From the NCBI GenBank assembly GCA_963643715.1, contig CAVILQ010000005.1, forward strand, positions 6,518-70,517: a stretch of 64,000 bases of DNA, given 5' to 3'. Under the pieces are notes generated by a model. It was not told the origin of the DNA, made no database searches, and was given only the letters and a program-made list of their open reading frames with translations. Position 1 is the stretch's first letter, and each line of letters begins with the position of its first letter. A program made the translations under genes and the position numbers. Positions 1 through 8,849 of this stretch are shown here, piece after piece. The stretch comes from a bacterium (GTDB taxonomy: Bacteria; Bacillota_I; Bacilli_A; RFN20; CAG-288).

Positions 1-936
1 GACAACCGCTTCATTGTATGGAGTCGGGACACCATTCTTCTTTCCGTAGAGCACAACGCTTCCGTTGATGCTATCTACTTCGGTCAGTTTTCCTTTCTCG
101 AGATCCTGAAGCATACTTGCCTTTAAAGCTGCATGCTTTTTGATGCAGAGAGGAATCAGGATGAAAGATATCTTCTTTTTGAAACAGTTATGATAGTCGA
201 GAAGTTTGACAACGTCTTTTCCCTGAATCGGTTCAATTTTGATTCCAGCCTTGTCACAGACATCGATGCATTCCTTGATGATCTTCTGAACACAGATACG
301 GGAATCTTTTCTTTTGCTGACTTCACCGAATGTGGAACCACAGACAGCAGACATTCCAGAGAATGCAGCGTTGATGAGTAGCTTTGAAAATCTCATTCCG
401 ATAAAGTTCTTCTCTAACTGTACTGGACACATCTTCTCTAGAATCTCTTTTGTTCTAAGAAGTCTCTCATCCTCTTTTCCGTTCAGTCTTCCTAAGGAGA
501 AGGACATGCTATCTGCTTCGCTAGTCAGCTCAGATACACCATCACCTTTTAAGGTGGCTCCCCAAGCAACTGCAGAACCCATTGTATGGTCTTCACCGAT
601 GATTTCACTGATTCCCACCTCAGGAAGGCCGTTCTGCATCGTGCAGATATCGCCATCTTCCGTAAGATGATCTTTTAGGAAAGTGACAACATTCTTGTTA
701 TCGAGTTGTTTTGTCATCAAGAAAATCAAATCGTATTTTCCTTCCATCTCGTTAGGATAGTATGCTTTGACAGGGACAGTGAAGTCTACTTTTCCTGTAA
801 TATGTGCACCATTCTTCCTTAAACCTTCTATATGGTTCTTGTTGTGGGAATATAGATCGACATCGACACCGTTCTTTGCAAGATATGCTCCTAAGACGGT
901 TCCTAATGATCCAGCACCGAAAATAGCGATTCTCAT
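1..936 (-). CDS. panE: 2-dehydropantoate 2-reductase (ketopantoate reductase, PanE/ApbA family). The C-terminus runs off the window start.
   Basis: I translated the minus strand from the ATG at 936 downward. The product reads MRIAIFGAGSLGTVLGAYLAKNGVDV... with an N-terminal Rossmann GxGxxG motif and PanE-like downstream sequence. An RBS-like GAGGT sits upstream. No stop occurs before position 1, so the gene is partial. Confidence 0.7.
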   Translation of the reverse strand, partial: MRIAIFGAGSLGTVLGAYLAKNGVDVDLYSHNKNHIEGLRKNGAHITGKVDFTVPVKAYYPNEMEGKYDLIFLMTKQLDNKNVVTFLKDHLTEDGDICTMQNGLPEVGISEIIGEDHTMGSAVAWGATLKGDGVSELTSEADSMSFSLGRLNGKEDERLLRTKEILEKMCPVQLEKNFIGMRFSKLLINAAFSGMSAVCGSTFGEVSKRKDSRICVQKIIKECIDVCDKAGIKIEPIQGKDVVKLLDYHNCFKKKISFILIPLCIKKHAALKASMLQDLEKGKLTEVDSINGSVVLYGKKNGVPTPYNEAVV

Positions 937-1073
937 ATCAATACCTCGTTTCGAGAATATTTTAGTATAGGTGTGATGAAAAACAAATAGAAGAGTACTC
1001 CAACTATGTATGAATAAGATACAAAATAAAACGTTCTAGATTATAATGAGTAAGATTCAAGGAGGAATAGTAG

Positions 1074-1448
1074 ATGAAAACCATTGCGTTGATTGCACAT
1101 GACAACAAGAAGAAAGACATCATCCGTTGGGCCAGTAAAAACAAGGAACGCTTATCAAAGTTCAATCTGTGTGGAACAGGTACGACAGCAAAGATGATTT
1201 CAGAAGCGACAGGATTGAATGTGAAAGGATATCTCTCTGGTCCGTTAGGCGGAGACTTGCAGATCGGTGCTAAGGTGGCGGAAAGAGATATCGATATTGT
1301 CATATTCATCTGGGATCCTCTTCAGGCACAACCCCATGATCCGGATGTAAAGGCGTTGCTTAGAATTGCCGCCTTATATGATGTTCCGATTGCCACGAAC
1401 ATCTCAACTGCTGATTTCATGCTGCATTCTGACTTATTGGATTGCTAA
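1074..1448 (+). CDS. mgsA: methylglyoxal synthase
   Basis: The 124-aa product MKTIALIAHDNKK...CGTGTTAKMISEATGL...GPLGGDLQIGA is colinear with MgsA. A strong RBS AAGGAGGA lies upstream. Confidence 0.85.
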   Translation: MKTIALIAHDNKKKDIIRWASKNKERLSKFNLCGTGTTAKMISEATGLNVKGYLSGPLGGDLQIGAKVAERDIDIVIFIWDPLQAQPHDPDVKALLRIAALYDVPIATNISTADFMLHSDLLDC

Positions 1449-2002
1449 GAGAAACTATACATTCTCACTAGAAAAAAGAGTTGGTTTTTGCGTTTGATTT
1501 AGATGAGCAGGATATATTTTCAAAAGATTACCTAGAAAAAGAATAGATGCTATTTTTCGATTGTGAAGGACGATAAGGAGGATATATTCAAACAAATCAA
1601 TAAGATTGCAAATTGTTTAGGACAGTCTAATATTCACTTTGACTGGTCTCTTCTAGTCGATGCCTGTCACACCTTTCAAAAGTCGATCAGCATCGCTGAT
1701 TATCTCTCCTTTTCAGAACAAAATCGTATTTAGTTAAAGAGGCTTGTAAGTCTTTGAGAGAGATTTATCCTGACTTAAATCGATATCTACAGAATATATT
1801 TTTGAATCACTTTCTGTTTATCCGATTTCCGTTTGTTTCTGAAAAAAACTACTTATGGTGAGAATTCGATTTGTCTAATGTATCTTGTCTGCCTTTGGAT
1901 ATTTAACCTCATCTTCAAACTAAAAAGAAGACAAAAGAGGAATTTGTCGATATCACGGGTAAATTCTTCCGTGTTGCAGAGCATAGCAATCTTTATGATG
2001 TG

Positions 2003-2029
2003 ATTGCGTTTTATTATCGGAAACGCAAT
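2003..2029. promoter_or_regulatory. 9-bp inverted repeat ATTGCGTTT-N9-AAACGCAAT about 30 bp upstream of the GH32 gene. It is a candidate operator.
   Basis: The two arms form a perfect inverted repeat in the sequence. Its position is consistent with a repressor site for the sucrose genes. No regulator gene is adjacent. Confidence 0.25.
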
Positions 2030-2061
2030 AATTGATAATGTTTGTTTAGAGGTAATGAATC

Positions 2062-3504
2062 ATGAAAGACTTAAAAGAAGCTAATGACTATCTGAAAAGC
2101 CGTAAGCATGAAAAGGAAGAATATAGACCGAGATATCATTTGTCACCAGATTTTGGATGGTGCAATGATCCTCATGGGATCGTTTTCTTTCATGGAAAAT
2201 ATCATATTTTCTTTCAATACAATCCCTATGATACAAAGGCAGAGAACATCTTCTGGGGACATGTGACAAGTGAAGATTTGATTCATTTTTCAAACACGTC
2301 TTGTGCGATTGCTCCGGATATGAAATATGACAATTCAGGATGCTGGTCTGGATCATCGATTGTGATCGATGACACATTGTATCTTGTCTATACTGGCTTC
2401 TCAAAACACGATGATGGAAAGTTTTATCAGACTATCAATGTTGCTTATAGTAAAGATGGCATCCACTTTGCAAAGTATGAAAATAATCCTATCATCGATA
2501 CATGCGATATTCCTTCTTTTGGTTCTATTTATGATTTCAGGGATCCTTGCATTTTCAAACAAAACGGTAAGCTCTATATCATTGTCGGAAACAAATCCAA
2601 GGATGAAAAAGAAGCAATGCTTCTGCTTTATGAAGGAGAAGATATATTCCATTTCCATTTTTTAAAAACATTGGTTTCTTCATCTAAGTTTGGAACGATG
2701 TTTGAGTGCCCGAATTTAGTCTCTTTCCAAAATCAGGACTATATTGTGATGTCGCCTCAGAATGTAAAAGAAAGAGATGGAGACTTTGCGAATGTATCTT
2801 CTTGTGTCTATTTCCCTTTGAAAGGAGATATGATTCGTGATGAACAGACCTTGGATGAAGTGATAGAGATCGATCACGGCCTTGAGTATTATGCACCAAC
2901 TATTTACGACGATGAAAAGATAGCTCTTAATTGGTTCCAGATGTGGGGAAGAAGATATTATCTGAACGAAATCACCAACGATTTCATCAACTCCTTCTCC
3001 TTGTTTAAGAGAGTTGGTGAAAGAAATGGAAGACTGTATTTTAAACCTCTTTCCTTCGATGCAATTGTGACTGATAGGAAAGAAGAAAAACTCACTCTAA
3101 ATGGAAAATCAGACGCCTATCATTTTTCACATTATCTTATATGTTTCAAAAAAGAAGATAATCTATTATTTACATTTGTCTTTTCATATTCTAAAAACGA
3201 CTATATCACCTTCTCTGTTGACTCTAGGAACAATACCTATACTTTAGATAGAAGTCATGCTCTTATCGATTTAGGCGGAGAAGAAAAAGGAAGCCCAAAG
3301 AATGGAATCCGATATCTAAAAAAGAACATGCCTTCTCAGTTTGAATTCGATATTTACATCGATAATGCAAATATCGAAATCTACTTTGATGATTATGAGG
3401 AAAGTTTCTCATTCCTTCATTTTTCAAAAGAGAATAAACTGATCATGGAAAGCAATAAAGAAGTTCAAATCAGTATGATAAGAGAAAACATCGAGGTGAA
3501 ATAG
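2062..3504 (+). CDS. scrB: glycoside hydrolase family 32 (sucrose-6-phosphate hydrolase / beta-fructofuranosidase)
   Basis: The GH32 N-terminal catalytic signature HLSPDFGWCNDPHGIVFFHGKYHIFFQYNPY matches the WMNDPNG block. RDP and EC motifs follow (FRDPCIF, MFECPN). Confidence 0.85.
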   Translation: MKDLKEANDYLKSRKHEKEEYRPRYHLSPDFGWCNDPHGIVFFHGKYHIFFQYNPYDTKAENIFWGHVTSEDLIHFSNTSCAIAPDMKYDNSGCWSGSSIVIDDTLYLVYTGFSKHDDGKFYQTINVAYSKDGIHFAKYENNPIIDTCDIPSFGSIYDFRDPCIFKQNGKLYIIVGNKSKDEKEAMLLLYEGEDIFHFHFLKTLVSSSKFGTMFECPNLVSFQNQDYIVMSPQNVKERDGDFANVSSCVYFPLKGDMIRDEQTLDEVIEIDHGLEYYAPTIYDDEKIALNWFQMWGRRYYLNEITNDFINSFSLFKRVGERNGRLYFKPLSFDAIVTDRKEEKLTLNGKSDAYHFSHYLICFKKEDNLLFTFVFSYSKNDYITFSVDSRNNTYTLDRSHALIDLGGEEKGSPKNGIRYLKKNMPSQFEFDIYIDNANIEIYFDDYEESFSFLHFSKENKLIMESNKEVQISMIRENIEVK

Positions 3505-3505
3505 A

Positions 3506-4408
3506 ATGGTATTAGTTATCGGTGAAATATTGATGGATATGATTGGGAATGAGAATATTGATTCTCTTCAGGTTCAAGGCAAATTAGGTGGAGCACCGCT
3601 AAATGTGGCTAGCGACTTAGCTGACTTAGATGTCGACACTATGTTCTATGGTGTTATCGGAAAAGACATTATCGGTCAGTTTCTGAAAGGACAGTTAAGA
3701 GATAGAAAAGCGAACTTTTCGATTCTTTTGAATGAAAGAGAGGATAGAGAAACAACCATCGCATTCTTCTTGAAGGATAAAGGTGAATTTCAGTTCTTGA
3801 GGAAGAATGGTGCAGATTATGATTTTGATAAAGAAACTCTGCTATCTCTTCCATATCAAAATGCAAAGATCATTCATTTTGGTTCTCTTTTCCTTTCCGA
3901 TAGGAAAGCAAGAGAAACTGTCTTTGAATGTATCAAAGAATATAAGAAAGAAGACAAACTGATATCCTTTGATGTTAATTATCGGTCTGATATCTTTAAA
4001 GACACAGATGATATCGTCTCTTACTATAAGGAGATGATTTCCTGTTCCGATATTGTGAAACTGACTAAGGATGAACTGACATTATTGACCGGAATAGATG
4101 ATATGAATAATGCTTTGAAAACATTTGATGATAGAAAAGTCATCCTGATAACAGATGGCGAAAATGGTTCATACTGCTATCTAAACGGAAAACTGTATCA
4201 TAAAGCGAGTGAGAAAGTGAATCCAATCGACACAATCGGATGTGGTGATTCCTTTATGGCTGGATGCTTGTCCTATATTCATAATCATTCACTTTCTACA
4301 AAAGAGAATATTTTAGACATGCTCTCACGTGGAAATGAGTGCGGGAAAAGAACCTGTCTTGTCAGTGGTGCGCTACACGGATATCACAGTTTAGAAGATG
4401 TGAAATAA
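3506..4408 (+). CDS. scrK: fructokinase (PfkB-family carbohydrate kinase)
   Basis: It carries the PfkB N-terminal GG motif (LGGAPLNVA) and the C-terminal DTIGCGDSFMAG signature. It is translationally coupled to the GH32 gene, starting 2 nt after its stop. Confidence 0.8.
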   Translation: MVLVIGEILMDMIGNENIDSLQVQGKLGGAPLNVASDLADLDVDTMFYGVIGKDIIGQFLKGQLRDRKANFSILLNEREDRETTIAFFLKDKGEFQFLRKNGADYDFDKETLLSLPYQNAKIIHFGSLFLSDRKARETVFECIKEYKKEDKLISFDVNYRSDIFKDTDDIVSYYKEMISCSDIVKLTKDELTLLTGIDDMNNALKTFDDRKVILITDGENGSYCYLNGKLYHKASEKVNPIDTIGCGDSFMAGCLSYIHNHSLSTKENILDMLSRGNECGKRTCLVSGALHGYHSLEDVK

Positions 4409-4411
4409 AGG

Positions 4412-5272
4412 ATGTGTGTATTAGGAGTGGAGTGTTTTTATATGAATTATATATCGCTGTTCGTTAGTCTAGCCATCGTGATTATTGGCGTTTCCGTATT
4501 TGTCTTTTTTCTATTGCGAAATAAAAAGTATAAAAGATTTATCCTAGAGAAAAGTGAAGCTTTAAAGATACAATCGAATATTAATGCTGCATTTTGCTTT
4601 TATGATGTGGAGCAGATCAATCTTTCACATAATTATGATAATGAGAATTTCTATAATGACATAAGCTGTTTAGACTTTCTCATCTACTTTTTGAGAGATT
4701 ATGAGAAGTTTACAAAAAAACAAATCGAGACCGCTCACCAAAACGCAAGATTATACACTCAGTATATGGAAAGAATGAAAAGGGAAGCATATCCTAGTTT
4801 ATCTAGCTTTCATCTTGATGGTGAGAGACTGAGTGTAAAGAAACTGAATAAAGTCGAAAAGAAAGAATTCGAATCCAGAATGAAGAATCCGATTACAAGT
4901 ACCTCTGCAACAGTTTTATTACGAAGAGTCGATCTCCATGAGAAGAGAACCTATGAAACGAAGAAAGCAGTCTTCAATCAAGGAACAATCATTTCTTGTT
5001 TAGAGAAACTCGATAACAAGAAAAAAGGTTTCTATCAGGATAGTGAAATCTGGGATGCTCTTTGTAGAGTGGAAAGAGGAAAGGTGACGAATAAGCTTCG
5101 TTTCTACATATACCATCGAGATGGAAACCGATGCGTACGATGTGGATGCAGAAAAAACCTAGAAGTCGATCACATTTATCCAATCAGTAAAGGCGGGAAG
5201 ACTACACCAAACAATCTTCAGACATTGTGTCATCGATGCAATGTTGAAAAAGGAGCAAGGACGGACTATTAA
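4412..5272 (+). CDS. membrane-anchored HNH endonuclease-domain protein. The true start may be the ATG at 4442.
   Basis: An N-terminal TM helix (YISLFVSLAIVIIGVSVFVFFLL) is followed by a C-terminal HNH motif (CVRCGCRKNLEVDHIYPISKGGKTTPNNLQTLCHRCNVEKG). Confidence 0.7.
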   Translation: MCVLGVECFYMNYISLFVSLAIVIIGVSVFVFFLLRNKKYKRFILEKSEALKIQSNINAAFCFYDVEQINLSHNYDNENFYNDISCLDFLIYFLRDYEKFTKKQIETAHQNARLYTQYMERMKREAYPSLSSFHLDGERLSVKKLNKVEKKEFESRMKNPITSTSATVLLRRVDLHEKRTYETKKAVFNQGTIISCLEKLDNKKKGFYQDSEIWDALCRVERGKVTNKLRFYIYHRDGNRCVRCGCRKNLEVDHIYPISKGGKTTPNNLQTLCHRCNVEKGARTDY

Positions 5273-5327
5273 GCTGAACTTTTATATTCGTAGCAAAACG
5301 GGTGTACTTTCGCTTTGTCTTTGTTGT

Positions 5328-5341
5328 TGATGAATCTTATC
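5328..5341 (+). repeat. Inverted-orientation copy (TGATGAATCTTATC) of the island 3'-end motif.
   Basis: It is a 14/14 match to the reverse complement of the motif at 8797-8819. It lies in the intergenic region between the HNH gene and the FtsH-like gene. Confidence 0.4.
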
Positions 5342-5544
5342 GCTCTTTGCTATAAATCCGTACTGTTGAACTAAGATAGTGATGGTACAGCATTATGGTT
5401 TTAGAGTGCGCCTTTGGCGGAAAAAAATATATATAAAAAGGTGATTGTGTGAAACTTCTGATCAATCCTATAAGTTTTCATCTATAAGATGATCAGAAGC
5501 TTCACTATCATACATTCACTTCGTTATAACATTAAATCTGCAAC

Positions 5545-6912
5545 TTATTCTTTTGTCTTCTCAATTATCTGCTTGATTTCACTTCCGGAGAGAACAGTGT
5601 TTTCCATGAGTGCGGTAGCAAGAGCTTCAATCTGCTTTTTACCATTTGAGATCAGGTTAAGAGTCTTCTCTTCATACTCTTGAAGCAACTGTGCTGTTTT
5701 TTCAATACGCTTATCGTTTTGTTTTCCGCGAGGAGTGCTAAAAATCCTAGAGTCTACATTCATACGGATGTCACAGAACTCTAATCCATACAATCCGTTG
5801 TCCATTAATGTGGCGATAAGCGCTATTGCTTTTTCGATATCCCCATTGGCTCCGGTTGTCTGTGTTCCAGTCATAAGCGGGACTGCCACATATCCACCTA
5901 AAGCGATGCAAATCAGGTTGATGACTCTTTCCATAGTGAGAACCTTCTCTTTCATATCGAAGGCGCATTCGAAATGTCCAAGGGATTTGCCGCGTTTGAT
6001 AATCGTGGCTCCGTTAACATTATCTGGATCGAGCAAGTAGTTCACATAAGCGTGTCCTGCTTCGTGGTAGGCGATATATTTCAACTCACTGTCATCAAAG
6101 CTGTTATCATGAGCGACATCCTCGAATCGAATCTTGTCGATGGCTTCACGGAAATCAGAGAAACATACATTATCTCTACGTTCTGATACGGATTTCAGGA
6201 TGACTTCATTGACGACCGTTTCAATGTCAGCACCAGTCATAGAGATTGTGCTGCGAACAAGTTCATCCAATGTGAAATCATCTGCTACGTTTACCTTTTT
6301 CAAGAAGTGCTGGAATATAAGCTTTCTATCTTTTTCGCTTGGCGTAGGGAAACAGATCTGTCGATCGAATCTTCCGCTTCGTGTCAGTGCATCTCCGAGA
6401 TAGATCATCTCATTGCAGGTTCCAATTACCATTATATTCTTGTTGGCTTCATGAATCTTATCCAATTCATGAAGCAGAATCTTTTGAATCACAAGGTTCT
6501 CTTTAACATCATAGAGACGAGGATGATAGCCTGCTATCTTCTCAATTTCATCAATGAAGATAATACCAGTGTCAATCTCTTCGGTTTCCTTGAATCTTTC
6601 CTTTACCTCTTCCTCAATCGTTCTTTTATGCTCGATTGCGTCAGATTCACTGATTTCGATAAAAGGAACATTGAGGTATTCTTTCATGTCACGGACAATG
6701 CGGCTCTTACCGGTTCCGGGTTTTCCGTATAAAAGCCAACCACGAGGGAAATGACCGCCCTTTGTAGAATACAGTTCTGGATTTTTAAAGATGTCGATGA
6801 TCTGATAGGCTTCTTTTCTGATATCGTTGTAACCAGCGATATGAGGGAAGACTTTATCTAAGACTTCGGTTGAAACTGCTTTGCTCTTTGTGTTTTTCTT
6901 TAAATTGTTCAT
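5545..6912 (-). CDS. cytosolic FtsH-like AAA+ ATPase fused to an M41 zinc-peptidase domain, with no transmembrane or periplasmic region
   Basis: It has the FtsH-type AAA module (LLYGKPGTGKS; Walker B IIFIDEIEKI; SRH ...TRSGRFDRQICFP). An M41 HEXXH follows in IAYHEAGHAYVNYLLDPDNVNGATIIKRGKSLGH, matching FtsH TAYHEAGHA...IIPRGRALG. The protein is 455 aa and starts directly with the AAA N-terminal region. Confidence 0.75.
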   Translation of the reverse strand: MNNLKKNTKSKAVSTEVLDKVFPHIAGYNDIRKEAYQIIDIFKNPELYSTKGGHFPRGWLLYGKPGTGKSRIVRDMKEYLNVPFIEISESDAIEHKRTIEEEVKERFKETEEIDTGIIFIDEIEKIAGYHPRLYDVKENLVIQKILLHELDKIHEANKNIMVIGTCNEMIYLGDALTRSGRFDRQICFPTPSEKDRKLIFQHFLKKVNVADDFTLDELVRSTISMTGADIETVVNEVILKSVSERRDNVCFSDFREAIDKIRFEDVAHDNSFDDSELKYIAYHEAGHAYVNYLLDPDNVNGATIIKRGKSLGHFECAFDMKEKVLTMERVINLICIALGGYVAVPLMTGTQTTGANGDIEKAIALIATLMDNGLYGLEFCDIRMNVDSRIFSTPRGKQNDKRIEKTAQLLQEYEEKTLNLISNGKKQIEALATALMENTVLSGSEIKQIIEKTKE

Positions 6913-7009
6913 TAATTATTTTTCCTTTTTGTTTTCATACCTTCTCGACAAGATTTATGTTTACATTTTAAGTTCCTCTATATGAGTTTCCTTTTGCTCT
7001 TCAACGCAT

Positions 7010-7029
7010 GATTAAATGATTAGCCTCAT
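7010..7029 (-). repeat. Degenerate copy of the 3'-end motif (minus strand: ATGAGGCTAATCATTTAATC), downstream of the 130-aa gene.
   Basis: It fits the pattern ATGA..CT.ATCA.TTAAATC that is shared with the copies at 7568-7590 and 8797-8819. Confidence 0.3.
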
Positions 7030-7046
7030 TGGATAGAAGACTATCG

Positions 7047-7439
7047 TCAATATGCTAGTTCTTCCTCTTCTTCCTTTAGAAGCATATCCTCATAGTACCA
7101 ATCAAGATAGTCATCAGATATGATATCTTTTCTTTTATCGCGCTCTTTTCTTTCTAAAATTCGAATTCCATTCTCTTCTTCGATATACTTGATGTAGGAA
7201 GTTAGTTTTTCAATCGTATGACGGATGCAATGGTCTTTTGCTGCTCTCACATTCAATGCTTTTCTGAGTGATACACCGCTAGAGAAGTAGATATTGACGC
7301 CTCTATGATAGTCCTGGGTGAAGAGATAGTACTGCTTTCCGTTATGTTCGACATAGAAGTTATGATTGCCAAGTCTATTGATTCTGCAACTGATGATTGA
7401 ATCCATGGTTAATTCCTCCTTTTTGGATTGCATCTTCAT
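7047..7439 (-). CDS. hypothetical 130-aa protein with an acidic C-terminus
   Basis: It is a clean ORF with a strong RBS (AAAGGAGGAATTAACC before the ATG). I recognise no domain. It has a poly-E tail. Confidence 0.5.
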   Translation of the reverse strand: MKMQSKKEELTMDSIISCRINRLGNHNFYVEHNGKQYYLFTQDYHRGVNIYFSSGVSLRKALNVRAAKDHCIRHTIEKLTSYIKYIEEENGIRILERKERDKRKDIISDDYLDWYYEDMLLKEEEEELAY

Positions 7440-7513
7440 TTTTCTGCTTCCTGATAAGGGTTTGATTACATGGTCAACTCTCTATCAGGTTTCCATTCTT
7501 GATGGATACATCT

Positions 7514-7546
7514 TAAAAATCAGTTTCTGTTTGATGAACAGAAACC
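7514..7546 (-). terminator. Rho-independent terminator downstream of the Vps4-like AAA gene
   Basis: A perfect 9-bp stem GTTTCTGTT-loop-AACAGAAAC is followed by a T-run on the minus strand. Confidence 0.6.
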
Positions 7547-7567
7547 GATTTATGGCGAGTGAAAAGA

Positions 7568-7590
7568 TGATTTAACTGATACGATTCATC
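7568..7590 (-). repeat. 3'-end motif copy (minus strand: GATGAATCGTATCAGTTAAATC) overlapping the AAA gene stop
   Basis: It matches about 20/22 positions of the copy at 8797-8819. It encodes the C-terminal ...EMNRIS*. Confidence 0.45.
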
Positions 7591-8696
7591 TCAAATTCTT
7601 TGATTTTGTCTACGTCAGCAGAGAATACGCTGCTGTAAACGGAATTTCTGATTGTGTGTAAATCTGAATTGCTGATTTTAGAATCAAGGCCAGATTCAAT
7701 TTCTCGGTTGATGGATAACATTTTCAATTGCTCACAGAATTCACTCACATCAGCCCCGTTGAACCCTGAGGTAAGATTCACGGCTTCTTCGTAATCGAAG
7801 TCATCATCAATGGGTAGTCCGTTGAAGGCATGTTGAATCATCTGTAATCTTGCTTCTTCATCGGGGAGCCCGATTTTCACCATCACATCAATCCTGCCGG
7901 GTCTTATGAATGCCGAGTCGATATCCCAAGGACGATTGGTGGCTGCGATGATAATTGGCTTATTCTTGCTTCGATTGATACCATCCATCTGAGCAAGTAG
8001 CTCAGGGACAATACGGTTCATCGGTTGAGAATATCCTCCTCTTTTGCATCCTATTGCTTCGAATTCATCGAAGAAGATGATAGACCTAGAAAACTTTCTC
8101 GCCTCTTCAAATAGGGCTGCTATATTCTTCTCTGTCTTTCCGAACAATTCAGAGACAAGATCAGAACAGCGTATTGGATAGAAGCATGCATTGGTTTCCT
8201 GAGCGATTGCTTTTGCTAATAATGTCTTTCCGGTTCCTGGAACACCATAGAACAGAATGCCACCGCTGTTTGCTTTATGATATTTGCTATAGATAGCGGA
8301 ATAGTTGATTGGATTGATGATGCGAGACTCGATTTGCTTCTTAGCTTCATTCAATCCTGCTACATCGGAGAACTTAACACCTGTGTTGTGAATCGGTTTG
8401 AATAACGCGTTTTTGGTGCTGAGTTCCTCTTGTGCCACCTTCTTATCAAGGCTTAATTTTAGTTTTTGTTCGGACTTTTCTGGCTTGATTTCTTCAGACC
8501 ATTCCTTAAGTTCTTTCGAACGTTCAAGTCTTTCCTTCTTTAAATCGCCTTCACTGTAATCGGCAATCTTTTTCATTATCATACTTGCTTCAGCAAGGTA
8601 TAAATATGCAGTATCAGCCGAATTCTCTCGTAAGGCTTTAAAACCCTTATCGTATAACTTATTGTACTCTTCAAAAAGTTTTGAGATTATGTCCAT
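7572..8696 (-). CDS. Vps4/katanin-like AAA ATPase with an N-terminal MIT-like helical domain
   Basis: The classic-clade AAA module (ILFYGVPGTGKTLLAKAIAQE; IIFFDEFEAIG; second region of homology ATNRPWDIDSAFIRPGRID) is preceded by about 60 aa of helical, MIT-like sequence. It has no protease domain and no TM helix. Confidence 0.7.
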   Translation of the reverse strand: MDIISKLFEEYNKLYDKGFKALRENSADTAYLYLAEASMIMKKIADYSEGDLKKERLERSKELKEWSEEIKPEKSEQKLKLSLDKKVAQEELSTKNALFKPIHNTGVKFSDVAGLNEAKKQIESRIINPINYSAIYSKYHKANSGGILFYGVPGTGKTLLAKAIAQETNACFYPIRCSDLVSELFGKTEKNIAALFEEARKFSRSIIFFDEFEAIGCKRGGYSQPMNRIVPELLAQMDGINRSKNKPIIIAATNRPWDIDSAFIRPGRIDVMVKIGLPDEEARLQMIQHAFNGLPIDDDFDYEEAVNLTSGFNGADVSEFCEQLKMLSINREIESGLDSKISNSDLHTIRNSVYSSVFSADVDKIKEFEMNRIS

Positions 8697-8704
8697 ATAT
8701 GTTT

Positions 8705-8722
8705 CCTTTTAATAACTCGAAA
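8705..8722 (-). promoter_or_regulatory. Conserved leader motif (minus strand: TTTCGAGTTATTAAAAGG) 10-30 nt upstream of the AAA gene start
   Basis: A 16-nt block identical to the one at 9731-9746 sits ahead of the next gene. It is a candidate promoter or leader element. Confidence 0.4.
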
Positions 8723-8796
8723 TCAGCACTTCCATGAGTCTAGTTAAACCCATGAAAGTGCAAGAAGTCAGATCAAACATTAAGAGGCGAATAGAA

Positions 8797-8819
8797 GATT
8801 TAACTGATAAGATTCATCA
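8797..8819 (-). repeat. 3'-end motif copy (minus strand: TGATGAATCTTATCAGTTAAATC), just downstream of the SprT-like gene stop
   Basis: I compared the sequence with 7568-7590, 7010-7029 and 5328-5341. Confidence 0.45.
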
Positions 8820-8849
8820 TAGATTCTGTCGCTTCTCGAACACAAGAGA

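Noticed and set aside
133-970. Plus-strand ORFs of 82, 118 and 67 aa (133..381, 314..670, 767..970)
   Set aside because: They are antisense to a well-supported ketopantoate reductase gene on the minus strand. Their products are low-complexity and have no RBS.
5735-6732. Plus-strand ORFs of 70-141 aa inside 5545..6912
   Set aside because: They are antisense to the FtsH-like AAA/M41 gene, which has strong motif support.
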